64,000 nucleotides of DNA from the human T2T-CHM13v2.0 reference genome, Homo sapiens: the NCBI RefSeq assembly GCF_009914755.1, contig NC_060934.1. One strand, 5' to 3'. Made by a program: the position numbers and the translations under genes. The notes under the pieces were generated by a model. The model worked only from the letters and a program-made list of their open reading frames with translations, made no database searches and was not told the DNA's origin. Of this stretch, positions 31,982 to 47,892 are shown piece after piece (within the stretch, counting starts at the first letter, position 1; every line of letters starts with the position of its first letter).

Positions 31982-32890
<909 letters not shown>

Positions 32891-33384
32891 CTAGCAGAAA
32901 TGATGGAAGTTCTCAAGAATAACAACAGAGAAATAGACCATGGCCAGAGTCTAGAACCCTCCAGGGAAAGGAGATGGGCTCCAGAGGCAGAAGAGGACGT
33001 TGAAGGGAATGGGGAGTGGGTGAAATATATAGACGATGGGGACCACCCAAGAGCAGTCGCTATTGCAAAACTGAGGAGAAGGAGAGTCTGGAGGGGGTGG
33101 TGGGAAGCTGGGTCTCCTAAGGAGGTTTTGACAAAAGCAGTCATGGAGCGGGCTTAGAAATCACAGTTGGGGACAGGGTAGAGTTCCTCGGGATATAGAG
33201 GATGAGATTAGAAGAGGTTCCAACTAGGGTAGTGTGGAGAAAAGCACTATTGACCCAAAAAGGAAGGAGAATGTGGGTGGAAGTGGCAGAGAAGAGGGGT
33301 TTGAGCAGAGAGTGGTGATTTTTCTAATGCAGAGTTGTGGGAGGTGGAGTGCAGGGAGCCAGGCTGGGTGGCTGTGCTGATGTG

Positions 33385-34011
<627 letters not shown>

Positions 34012-34169
34012 CTAAAGCTGTCTTTCTTAGGACTTGAAAAAGATAACTTGGGTTTGTATCCCATCTCTGCCATTAGTAGTTTACTGGCTTTGGATAAATT
34101 ACTTAGCCTTACTGAACCAACTTTGGATTTTTATAGAGATACTGTAATGAAAGGAATAAGGTATCAGTC

Positions 34170-35292
34170 TTAGCAGAGCATCCAGAGTGTTCCTATTAAA
34201 ACCTAAATCATATCCTGTCATTGCTCTGCCCCAAACCATTCAATGGCTTCCCAACTCAAAGTTAAAAACTCATCTTTCCAGTGGCCTGCAAGAGCCTATG
34301 CTATCCGGTGTCTGACCTCATCTGTTGTTCCTTTCTCCCTCCCTTTCTTGGCTCCAGACGCACTCTGGTCTCCTTGCTGTTCCTTGAATACACCAGGCAC
34401 ACTCTCTTCGCCTGAAACACTTTACCCCAGATATCTTAGCTTACTCTCTGCCTCCCTCAATTCATTGATGAAATGTCTCAGTGAAGTCTTCTCTCTCTCC
34501 TCTGTAAAAGTATACTCTCTGTTCCCCTTCTTTACTGTTCTAGCTACTATTGCTGTGTAACAAATCACTCCCCAAATTTAATGAGTGAAAACATCAGCCA
34601 TCATCTTATTTCTCACGGTTTCTGAGGGTCAGGAATTCTGGAAGGGCTCAGCTGGGAGGTTCTGGCTCTATAATCTCTTATGCAGTGAGAGTCAGATGCT
34701 GGCTAAAACTGAAACAAAGCAGGGTTCTAGTAGCTGAGGGCTGGCTGGGTCTCTCAGATATAGTTCAGATCTCCTCCAGGGGGTCTCTCCACGTGGGCTA
34801 GTCTGAACTTCCTCACAGCATGGTGGCCTCAGGGCAGTGGACTCTGCATAGTGGCTGAAGGCTTCGCAGCTGAGTATTCCAGCAAGCAAAGTGGGAGCTG
34901 TATTGCCTCATATGACCCAACCTTGGAATCCACACAGCATCACTTCCGTGTATTCTACGGGTTGAAAAGTCACAAAAACCAACCAGTTTCAAGGAGAAGG
35001 AACAGAGATCACATTTCTCAATTGGAGAAGGGTCAAAGTCACATTGTAATCAGAGCCTATGGGATACGAAGTATTGCGGTCAGGTATGAAAAATTTGATT
35101 TGCTGCATCTGCTTTACTTTCTCCACAGCGTTCATGATCTGCTTCTCACATGATATTGACTTACGTCATTTCTGCGTTTCCTGTCTTCCACACTAAAATG
35201 TCAGCCTGTTTTGTTCACTGCTGTATCCCCAGAGCCTAGCACGGAGCCCAGCATGTAGTGGTATCCAATAAATACTTGTTGCATGAATGAAT
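34170..35292 (+). mobile_element. L2 (L2a-like) 3' end split by an MLT1 LTR
   Basis: CAATGGCTTCCCA...GTTCCTTGAATACACCAGGCA, and terminal GTTCACTGCTGTATCCCCAGAGCCTAGCAC...AATAAATACTTGTTGCATGAATGAAT. Confidence 0.8.
34536..35107 (-). mobile_element. MLT1G/H-like MaLR solo LTR
   Basis: CTATTGCTGTGTAACAAATCAC...GGGTCAGGAATTCTGGAAGGGCTCAGCTGGG...CTTCCTCACAGCATGGTGGCCTCAGGG. Confidence 0.8.
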
Positions 35293-36904
35293 TCTGTCTT
35301 TTAATCCTAGCTATAGGTTTCTAAGTTAAATATTACTATAATCATCTTACAGACGAGGGAAATGAGGCTCAAGAAGATTTGGTAACTTATGCGGGATCAC
35401 TCAGCCACATAATGGAAGAGACAGCATTGAAGTACACATGCTTGCTCTGTCTGCTCTTCCAAGCTGCTCATCACACAGCTGCACCTCTGAGGACTTCCCT
35501 CCCCACTCCACCTCCACCCTTACCCAGAGACACACATGGCCACAATCCACTAGCAGACCAAAATTCAATTTTTCCCCAGTTGGTTGCACTCAAGCTGAGA
35601 GCAAAGCAATTGCACTTTAAATCCCCTTACAGCAGATATTTCAGAGCATGTTCGGAAGAACCCATCACACTTGGCTTTTAGATCTTATTTCTGGTTTGTT
35701 ACAAAAACACAATTAAATGAAAGGTTAGGTAGCTTTTGAATGGCCAGCTCAAAGTTTTGGCTTATTTTTGCCTTGCTGTCTTTATAGGCATTTTACCAAT
35801 ATTTATCACTATTTCCCTTAGGGAACCCTTAGATCTGTGATATTTGAAATAATAAAGCCTCTCCATTGGCCCTTTAAAAGGTTTGTGGTAAAACCACACC
35901 ATTAACATTCACAGTTCCTTATTTATGAGGCCTGATTGCACTTATTTCCATATTTCTCACTGTTTCTCCGATGAGGATTTCACGTAATAGTGTTTGAAGG
36001 CTAAAGACTTCAAAGCAGATTCTTTACTATTTTTATCTTGAAAAATATTCAATATTTGTGTAATTAAAGTGAAGTCTTCCTAGAGAAAATGACAACTCAA
36101 ATAATCTTAAATGTACCTCCAAGAAAAAAGCTGTCAAAGTGACATTTAGTAGTAGAGTCACATTCTCTAAGGCCTTTGCTTCTCCTTCTGAGTTCTTATC
36201 ATCTTTGAAGGTTATGTCATGGCTGACTTCAAATCACTTTTAAAATTATTATGGCCTTCTTTAAATGTGAGTTCTGAAGGTGAGGGGCTTTATCTTTCTT
36301 TTGCTCCAGATTTTTTCTACCGCGTCATTACCAAGCATCTTAAAACAAAACCTAAAAAAAAAATCTTCCTTGACCTGGTTTTTCCCACTAGCTAACATCC
36401 TATTTTTATCTTTCCCTTTGCACTAAAGGTTTTTAAATGGATCTTTATACCCTCTGTCTCCATTTTCTCATCTGCTAACTTATATGGCAAAGATTACCAC
36501 TGCCTTTCAACATAATTGGCCAATCTACAGAAAGTTTTCAAGTTCTCTTTTTAATTGACCACCTCCTGCCTACCTCCCCACCTTTGACATCTTGCTTCTC
36601 ACTTGGCACCTTACCCAGTGTTCAAGATTCCCTCCTTTAGGATGTCTTCAGAGCAGCTACACAGTTGGTACTATAATTTATACATCCTTGTACACAGGGC
36701 TTGCTGGGATATTGATGGAGAGAAGGAGGAAACTGGAAGTAGTTCAGGCCAGAGCTAGGGAAATTGACCCATCTCCAGGTCTCAGGTCTGCAAGGGGAGC
36801 TCACAGCTTAACACATGGAGTCTAGAAACTTGTGCTGGACCTTGACCAACACCAGCCCATGGAGTCCAATACAGTGCTCAATAGGGATTTCCAGGAAATT
36901 GCTA

Positions 36905-37100
36905 TATTTATTCAAAGAGAACTTACCAAGTGTCAGCTACGTGTTGGGCATTGTGCTAGGCACAGGGACCACAAAGATAAGACATTGTAGCTTTCCTTAA
37001 GTTGCTCACTGAGTAAATAGAGAGACAGAAAGGTAAACAGGTAAGTGCAAAAATACATACAATTCAGCAATAGTGTTCATAGTGGCTATGGAGAGAACGC
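36905..37100 (-). mobile_element. L2 3' end fragment
   Basis: TATTTATTCAAAG...CTACGTGTTGGGCATTGTGCTAGGCACAGGG. Confidence 0.6.
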
Positions 37101-37674
37101 TCACTAACTTTGTTTAAACAGTTGTTCTTTCAAGGATTTGACATGGATTTGATTGGAAAAGCATGATACCATTTTTTGCAATTAAACACAGGAATACATA
37201 AATAAAATGCATCAGTATTTTTTACAAATAGCTACTAAGAGCTACTAGAAAACCTGGGAATTCTTAAAACCTTACCATGCTACTTGCTCTAAAATATTTT
37301 ATTTTATGTTATTTTGTACATTTCTTTACCTACACAAACACCACTGTTTTCTTCATTTCTTAGTCTATTTAAACCTCACACCCTTTCAGCATCTCTTAAT
37401 TATTTACTACCATCTGTTAGTTCTCCTGTCCTGAATGAAACAAAAATGGCAGAATGTAAAACGAGGGCGAACAGATTTTTGACAGGAAGTATTCAGAGGT
37501 AGAAGGAAATAGTCAAGACACATATGATAAACGAAAACAATAATAACTTTATACATAACAACTTATAGACACATTTAAAAAGTTTAAGATCTCAAGAGCT
37601 ATGTCTGAATAGATAGAAGTAAAAACTCTATTAAGTAATTAGGAAAATAACAAGAACAGTGAATTTCTTAATGA

Positions 37675-38037
<363 letters not shown>

Positions 38038-38099
38038 GAATGTTTTTATTATTTGAAGAGACAACATGGGCCTTAAATCTGTCTTCTATTTGACAGACT

Positions 38100-38280
38100 T
38101 TGATGGAGTCAAATCCCAATGCTGCCACTTACTGAACGGCCTTAAATGACTTAGTCTGTCTCAGCTGTCTTTCTGCATATGTAAGGTGGAATAATGATGG
38201 CTTCAAGGAGGAATAAACCTATGAAAAGTGTTGAGGATAGTGTCTGATATGAAATAAGGATTCAACAAGTAGTAGCTGCT
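38100..38280 (+). mobile_element. MIR
   Basis: TCAAATCCCAATGCTGCCACTTACTG...CATATGTAAGGTGGAATAAT. Confidence 0.55.
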
Positions 38281-38366
38281 ATTGAAGATTTAAGAGTTAT
38301 TTATTACAACTATTTAATAAAATTTTAAAAACTAATACACTTAAATTATTAAAGAGCTTTGAAATG

Positions 38367-38692
<326 letters not shown>

Positions 38693-40114
38693 TTAAGAAA
38701 TTCATCTTTGTTCATTTATTTTTACTTGACATGAGAGCTTCCAGCAATTTTTAATTAAGCCCTCACAGATTTTATGTCACTGGCTATGTGATAAACAAAT
38801 TATTTGCTAAGATAATATTCTTGCTTCTTTTTTAAGGAATTGTCTCCCTAGAAACGGTTTGTACCAAACAATACACTGACTTTACACAAAATCAGATCTG
38901 ATTGGCAACAGTTGCAGATGTTTTCAAAAGATTTTCATTTGAGAAGGGGCCCATTTGGGTTATTTAGATTCTAAGAACTGAAACTGCTTTGTTCTGTTTT
39001 TCTGGCTTCTGGGAGAGGAGGAGACATGAATTCAGTTAGCACCTTGGTATTTTCTTTATCCTTCATTTCAATACAGAAGATGCTTCATATGCACAGTGGT
39101 GTCAGGTCACATCAAAAGAAAGAGAAACAGTTTCTTGGTTTTTAATTTTCAACCGGAAAGGAAAGGCACCCATTTTGTTCCGCTCTAATTAGCCAGTGCA
39201 TGACTTAGAGAGCAGGCAGATGCTTTGAAGGCGTGGTAACACAGGTCTTCATTAATCTCCACGCAGGACTTGCACTTCTACTATGCCTAGGCTGAAGAAA
39301 ATGGCTCAGGAAGATGAACAATCTCACAGAGCCCTAACTAACTGAAGCCAGGTGTTATAAAGCACAAGTCAAGAGGGTGAGAAACTAACGTTCTTGAAAT
39401 CTCCCACTTCTTTCTACGTCAGAAGAGCCAAGCTGATTATTTTAGTTGGAATTTAGAAATTTTTAAAAATTATTCTAAAGTCATGAACAAGCCTAATTAT
39501 AAAGATAGTTGCTGTGAAGGTGCTGAGATAACTCGATTTTACCAACCCCCTCTTCTGGAGGAAGCCAGAATGGAATCCTGTAGAATGTTCACTCTACCAA
39601 CGAACTCTTGTTTTTCTAATGAGGAAACAGAGGCCCACAGTAGTAAACTATCTTAACCAAGACAAAATGACTAGTGCTCTGGTCCTTTTATTAAGCACTA
39701 AAATTTTGATCCAATAATAAATCTGTCCAGTAGAAGGAGTTTCCCTAATGTACTGGTTCTAACTTGTTCCCTTCAAGGGGCCAGTGTCCCGTACACATAG
39801 CTAAATGGGACTTCTCTTCAACTACCATTACCCAGAGGGCAGAACCTAAAATGCTGTGAATGACATTCTGCTGTTCACATCTCAGCAGCAGTGTTGCATT
39901 TGAGCTTCTGCAGGGCCACCCAGGACCTATATCTGCTCAGATGTTTAACTCATCTAATTCAGTGAACACTTCATTCTAGTTAACTGAACATCTACTTTGT
40001 ACAAGGCACTACAGCGGTTCAGAGATGAATAAAATCATGAGATTCCACTGTCTCCTATAAACCATCACTTTGGGAAATTTTAGAAATGTGGGTAAGCTCC
40101 AGGGCTTCCTGCAG

Positions 40115-40420
40115 CGTAGAAGTCACAAACTCAAATGCCTGCAGAGGCCCAGCTGACAACATAAGTAAATGATTCTGGCTGGGCGGAAAACAATTACGGG
40201 TGGGTGGGTTTCCAGCTGGGGAGTGCACGCCTGTGTTAAAGGACAGCTGCTACTCATTTCCAGCCAACTGTGTTCCCATGTAGAACTGCGGCCCAGTGTA
40301 GCCAGTACCGAAGATTTCTCAGAAAAAGCCGGAGATCTCAATGTTAGTGTAAAATCTCTCAAATTTCCAAGAGGATTATATGGGGCAAAGGTTCTCAGAT
40401 CAGTTTGCAGTCTCTTACTT
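40115..40420 (+). mobile_element. MER102 (hAT-Charlie) fragment
   Basis: GTCACAAACTCAAATGCCTGCAGAGGCC...GGCCCAGTGTAGCCAG...AAAGCCGGAGATC...GTGTAAAATCTC. Confidence 0.7.
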
Positions 40421-42039
40421 AGCCCATGTGCAGAGCAGTCGTAGAGGGTAGCATGCAGTGTCCTACATAATAATTCTTTTTTATTTTATTTTATGCCTTC
40501 CTCCTTCCTGTCTCTCTTTAACCTTTCTTCTTCCCTCAGGCTGGCTTCTTCCCTCAGCCTCGTCCGACCCCAGCCTGGGTTCAATGAACATTCGGTAAAG
40601 GAACACGGAATGTCAAGCGCATTAGAGACAACCTTGAGACACATTCCTCTTGCGGTAAGCACTTCACTGTAGATTTTTAATTTTAAACAAGACAATGTTT
40701 ACGACTTGCTTCTTTCAGGGAAGAGCGATATCAATTTTAGTGAACACTTCAAGGCTGAGATACGCTAGGAGAGTCGTGTGGTGTTGCACAGCAAAGAATT
40801 CCACTTTGAAGCGAGTGGGAAAAAAAGCATCAAATGCCACATGTAACTCACCGCCTGAAGGGTTACATTGGTATGAAACCTGGGTTTAAAAAGGGACCGA
40901 ATAGACTAGCCATTAAAAGACCTGCGTACAACCTCTCTCTCTCTCTTTGAGAGATAATGTATCTGGACAATAAACATGAACAGAGTGGAGTCTATCCTGT
41001 TTAAAACATTGCCTACTGTACAGGCACCAGGAGCTGAAGGGTCAGAATATTAGCAGTGGGAGCTTGATTAGAAGTTGATGAGAGATGGGTAGTAGGAGGA
41101 AAGAGTGAGATAGAGGAAGAGGACATGGGGGTTACCCATAAGTGGAGAGTAGAAAAGTAGAATCAGCTGGCCATCAAAGGGCGTGGGACTGAGGAACAGT
41201 ATGGCATGTATTAAATATACTAAGCGCTGACATTGGAGGAGAACTAGGAAGGTAAATGAAATCAATAGGGGATGATGGAGAATAGTTAGGTGTGCAGGGA
41301 TTAGGGTTATGATAGAAATACATGTGAATACATGCAGTATTGTCCTGGAAAATGGTTAACAGTTGGTTCTCCTGGGGGGTGAGGGGAAGCCCTGATTTGT
41401 AATATTTGCCTATTTCTGTGGTGCAAATACTCCCACCATGACCAGTTTCAAGCTATGAATGTGAAGTCACAGAAAGCAGGGTTGGGAGGAGATGCGCACA
41501 TTTGTTCCCCGGCAAGGTGGAAGGTAAGGAAGGTGAAATCAACAAGGTCAAAGAAAACTCAAGATTTCGAGGTGCCTCAGGTCTGAGGGGCAATGAAGTC
41601 TAGGGAATGGCTGTGCTGAGGTAGCTGAAATAGAAGTGACTGCAGAGGTCATGAAGCTGAAGAGGTGAAAACAGAAATTAGAAAGGCAAACCCCCACCGC
41701 CCAACCCCCACCCCTGCAGCCAGTTTCTGAGGGTGACAATAGAGGAAAGGGTGGAGATGGAGTTCAGGTCCAGAAGCCATAGAAGCGAGTGTGACATTGT
41801 GCTCAAGGTCAGCACATGTCAGTGTGGGGTGTCACATGCTGTTGTGAACCATCATTTATCACCAATTATGGAAGACCTCCTATGGGCATCTTGCCATATG
41901 CATTATAAAGATGTGTAAGAAGACATTTCCCTCCACTTGGTGAGGAGAATTAGGGCTGTACACAGATACTGTAGAGTGCCATGTGCCTGGTACAGATAAG
42001 GTGTGTTAGAGGTTAAAAGATGAGGCTCTTAATATTAAT

Positions 42040-42260
42040 GATAGATCCCACTTACCTGAGTCTGACTTACAATGTGCCTAGCATTAAGTGTTTTACCTGC
42101 ATTCCCTTTGACCTTCAGAACAACCCATTTTACAGATAGGGAAATTGGGTCAGAAAGTTTCAGTAACTTATCCAAGGTCACACAATTGGCAAGTGCCAGA
42201 GCTGAGCCAGGAACTGAGGTCCTTCTAACACCAAACAGCTTGTCTCCCCAATCACTGTGC
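42040..42260 (-). mobile_element. MIR
   Basis: CCCATTTTACAGATAGGGAAATTGGGTCAGAAAG...TAACTTATCCAAGGTCACACA. Confidence 0.8.
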
Positions 42261-43479
42261 TATTTTCCCTCCCCCAGAAGATAATACTCTGATGGAAATG
42301 AAGGATAGTGTAATAGGAGATTCGGTGTTCCTTTTTTTAAAAAAAATTCAGCTTGCATATTCCTAAAGAGTCAATTCATGTTTAAAAAAAATTTCCCTTG
42401 TGCTTGCATGTGACATGTATTTTTAGGATCTGCTGTTAGCAAGTGTATTTTTGTGTGATTGAGTGGGAGAGTGGGAAAAGTTTTGCAGAGCTGTTGAAGC
42501 CAGAATGCAGGGGGGCTGCGCAGCAGAGACTGTAAAATCTCTGCCATCTCAGGTCTTGGAACAAGCACAAAGAGATGTGTTCTCGATTTATTATTCTATG
42601 TACATCCCCAGATGAATGACTAGTTAAAGGTATTGTTAAAGCATTTTAAATGACCCACTTCCAGCAGCGAACAAAATCACTTGCTGTGCCAAGCCAACTG
42701 GCATTTCTGAGATGATAAAACCACAAAGTGAGGAAAACGTTAAAACTGCTAAAGCAAAAATGATACACAATAATGGAGAAGGAGAAAAATTGAGCTTTAT
42801 TGTCTGCCTAGGCAGATGGCTGACCACTAGGTGGGCCTCGGCGTCACGTCCAGGGTAATTGGTTGCTGGGGTGTTTCTGGCGAGGAAGATTCACGCTTCA
42901 GCTCGGTCCACAAGATCCTGGCTCATTCTTTCCTAGATTCCATTTTCTGCCTCCTCTCCATGACTGGGTCTGATGGTTGATCCAAACGGGCAATTGAAAT
43001 CAGAAGGTTACCTTTACCTTAAAATGCTTTTCTGGAAATAAAAGGACATGAAAAGTAACTAAGGACCGGATTTCCTAGCCGTCTTTCTCTCCTGCATGCG
43101 CAATTTATCCCCAGATATAAAATTGCCTGCTTTGATAATTATACCCTCTAAATGAGGGGCAAGTGGCTAATTATGCCCACATGTGGCCGATTGCACTCCC
43201 CATTAGCCAATTATGTGCTCAATTATTTGTGCACATGAATAATTGCACTCATGGAAAATAGCGGCCCTCCTTTCAAATCCTCCTGCTTGGAGTGGCTGAT
43301 GGAGTAATTGTCACACTGGAAATGCACTTGGTGGGGAGGGAAAGAGTATCAGATACCAGGAAACGCATAAGTGACCAGAGCTCGCAGATGTTCACTGCCA
43401 CAAATGGCCTTAGGAGCCAGAGAGAGCGGGAAGGACCACAGGATGGAACGGGCCAGCCTGTGAGTTAGGAAGCCTGCTT

Positions 43480-43680
43480 CTGAAGTTGCCTGGGCAGCTC
43501 ATGTGCGGTGACCTTGGGCAAGTCATTAACTTTCCTTCAGGTCTAACTGGTTCTGCATACACAATGAGGATGGTAATAACGCCCAATTCCCATCACTATC
43601 GTGGGATGGATCAGACTATTTAAAAGGATTTACAATCTGCTTGGGTAAAAGCTTTACATAAATATGAGGCATTATCATGT
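43480..43680 (+). mobile_element. MIR/MIR3
   Basis: GTGACCTTGGGCAAGTCATTAACTT core. Confidence 0.6.
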
Positions 43681-44090
43681 CGCTTGGTACATCTCCAATT
43701 ATGAAGGAAGGGTAATGACCCTCCACAGCAATGCAGGACTCCTGGTTTGGAGGGAGGGAAAGTTTGAGAAGGACAGGAAGCTTGTTGCCCCAGCACTGAT
43801 GTTTCTACTGAGGTACCAGAAAATGTCATGTGGTCATACAGAATTCATTTATTCATTCAACAAACATCTGTCAATTGTTACACTGTCCTGAGAATTTGGA
43901 AAAATGATGAAAGACTCAGTCCTGCCTTAGGAGGTCACTGGCACATTGGCCCGGGCCCCTGTTTTGGGCCTTTTACTCTGACCTGTGCTGATTTGCAAAT
44001 AGTGGGAAATTTTATCTCAAGTCTAGGAAATCTGGCATGCATTTTCACGGTTTGATTGCCAGGTACATTCGATGGCAATGAGTCTTATAA

Positions 44091-44450
<360 letters not shown>

Positions 44451-44819
44451 TAATGACAATGCTAAAAAGTGGTATATGTCACAGTGTCGGGTGGGGCTAA
44501 GAGGCACATTGCTGCAGTGATCCATCATTCATTTCCCACCATTCTCGCCTGGATTAGCGCAGCAGCTCCCAGAGAGGCACCTCACTTTGACCTTCTTCCT
44601 CAAAGACATTCTCTGTGACCTGCCTGGCCCTTATTACCTCTCTAGCTTTGCCACTTCCCTATGTCTCCATCTCCCCTCTCACACGTAGTAGAAAGAGACT
44701 CTACCTCATGGAGTAAGGAGAGGCTTCACAGAGGCAGGATTGCTATTAGTCTTCAAAGATGAGGTATTTGCTAAATGAATGAGACAAAGGGATTGGGGCC
44801 ACATTACAGGAAATTGAGG

Positions 44820-45065
44820 TATGTAATAGCCTGGTGCAGGTTAAGAGTGTGGACTCTGAAACCAGACTCAGCCTGGAATTGAATCCTGGCTGTGTGATGT
44901 TGGGCCAGTGACTTAACCTCTCTGTGCTTTTATTCACTCTTCTATAAAATGGGGATTATAATAAACCTACCTTATAAGGTTATTATAAGAGTCAGTAAAT
45001 ATAAAAATAGAAGTTTTTGGATGATGACTAGCACAGAGTAAACACTTGTTTGCCATTATTTTTAT
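44820..45065 (+). mobile_element. MIR
   Basis: GGTTAAGAGTGTGGACTCTG...ACTTAACCTCTCTGTGC...CTATAAAATGGGGAT. Confidence 0.8.
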
Positions 45066-45202
45066 TACTTGACTAAAAATATACCAAAAAGACCATCCAA
45101 GAAAAGCCTTTAAGCTGCTAGTGCAGAAAGATTCCCCTTGTGTTTGTGTGCTGGGGGGTCAGTGGTGCCTGTGGCCCACTGGAGAGGAGACAGCTATGGC
45201 TG

Positions 45203-45404
45203 GAGTGATTCTCAAACTTCAGAATGTCTAAAATCATCACATGGACAACTTATTAAGGAAAGCAAATGCCTGGGCTCCATCCTCAGAGAGTCTCATTCAC
45301 TGGGTCAGGATAGAGCCCAGGAATCTTTACCTTAAAGAACCATCCCACCTCCCACCTCATATGATCCTTATGCAGGTGATCTGGGGCCCACACTTTGAGA
45401 AATA
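45203..45404. mobile_element. MER5A/B (hAT-Charlie)
   Basis: TTCTCAAACTT...CCCAGGAATCT...CACACTTTGAGAA. Confidence 0.65.
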
Positions 45405-45482
45405 GACTCAGGTCAAAGTGGCTCTAACTGCATCTCATTTCTTACCTGGCATATCTAATAGTAGAGAAGAAGACAATGCTAA

Positions 45483-45844
<362 letters not shown>

Positions 45845-47149
45845 TGCTGTTTCTTTTAGTTGGGCCTCTTCTGTAATAGAGTGTGAGAATTCTGACTTGC
45901 TGCAACAGTCTGCTTTGAAGCAGGGCTGTGTTTACACTGGTCAGATGTGGAATTGTGGGGCACACTTAGCAGCTTCCTTCTCTAATTTTTCTGTATTTTC
46001 AGGAGAACAATTTTAAAAAATTTAATAAAAATGCCTTAAAAATTAACATTATTATAAGATGAATCCCATTTTTCTAATCTTGTAAATTAAAAACAATCAT
46101 AAGCATATGAGCACCTGCACTTAGGGAATCAAGGTGGCAAAGCTAAACACTTCCAGCTCTAGGTGATTCGCGGCAATACAAATGGAGCTGGACTTTGGCC
46201 ACAGTGCAAAAATATTGATCTGTTGTTAGATGCTCTGAAGTTTCCAGAAAGAATTGGTTCTGCCTGCTGTGCTTCAGTGCTTAAGGGAAGTGGTTCCTCA
46301 AAATGTTAGTTTTTAAGCCCAGCTTTCTTAAATAGGAAGATTCTAATAGTAGCAAAAATATAAACTGCTTCTAGGTTTAAAAAGGACCCAGCACACAATG
46401 GTTATCACACACCTTTCTCCTCAGGTGATGAGTGGATGAGTGGCCTGGTGTATTTCATAACATCTCCCAGGGTCCAAATGCTAAAGCAATTGCTGAAAAG
46501 ATACCATGTGTACCGGAACCTTGCAGAGGTATTTTGTTGGCATAAAAAGAAATATTGATCATCTATAGTAAAAATGGTTCTACTTTAATACTACTGAGAA
46601 AAGATTTTCTTTTCCCAGATCTACATCCTGAATCTTCATGAAGACAAGATCCCCTAAACTTCCACTAATACCATAATGTGTGCTGTCCTTTGTAATGTAG
46701 TCCACAGATCTCATAAACTGTCAGAAATAGCAGAGATTGTAAGGTCATCCACTTCCCCTGTAAGGCCTGCGTCCCTCACTTACATCCCTAATAACGTCCT
46801 CTAACCTCTGCTGGAGGGCAGATTTAGCTGCCAGCTGGGAAGAGCTCTGCCCTAGTCAACATTTTTATCTGTGGCTTTCAGATGAGAACACTGGATGCTT
46901 ATCTGAAAAAAGCTCCTCAGGCTGGAGGGAGGGATTGGCTCTAACAAGATGCAATGTGATAAGAATAAAAGCGAAGCCAAACTCTAGGCCCAAAGGCTCT
47001 AGCAACACACTTTTGAGAACCTTGGAGACGAGTTTTGGCTGATGCGAGCTTCTCCGCCTGCTAAAGTAGCCCATTCCATTTGGACGGCTCTAGAGGCTGG
47101 CATGTTCTTCTCCACGTTGTGTTAATGTACTCCAGTTTCTTCCTGCCAT

Positions 47150-47540
47150 GAACTGGCATGCCCTGGCTCCTCCTACCTTCCCCACTTTAAGTCTTCCCTC
47201 CCTCCTTCTGACCTTCCCATTCCAGCCACACTGGCCTTTTGTCTGGTCCTAACAAACCATGCCTTTCCTGCCTCCAAGCCCTACACCTGCTATCCATCCC
47301 TCTGTCTGAGAGACACTCCCACCCCTTCACAAAGCCTGTTTCTCATCCTTCCAGTTCAGATGTCTTCTCAGCTTGCCTCAACTGACCTCTTTCAGCTATT
47401 CTCACTCTTTGTACTCTGTTCATTTCCTTCCTGGCAGTCACCATAATTTATCTTTATTTGAATCAATTTCTTAGTTGTATTATTTAGTTATTTGCACACT
47501 CTGTCTCTCTGTGCCTTTCTTATTCACTGCAGGCTTTCTT
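47150..47540 (+). mobile_element. L2 fragment
   Basis: TCCAGCCACACTGGCCTT...CTTTCCTGCCTCC...CTCATCCTTCCAGTTCAGATGTC. Confidence 0.55.
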
Positions 47541-47554
47541 ATGTAAGTAATTTA

Positions 47555-47892
<338 letters not shown>

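Noticed and set aside
42820-42840. CTCF-like motif TGACCACTAGGTGGGCCT
   Set aside because: Mismatch at the conserved GGC(G/A) end; cannot be supported without ChIP data.
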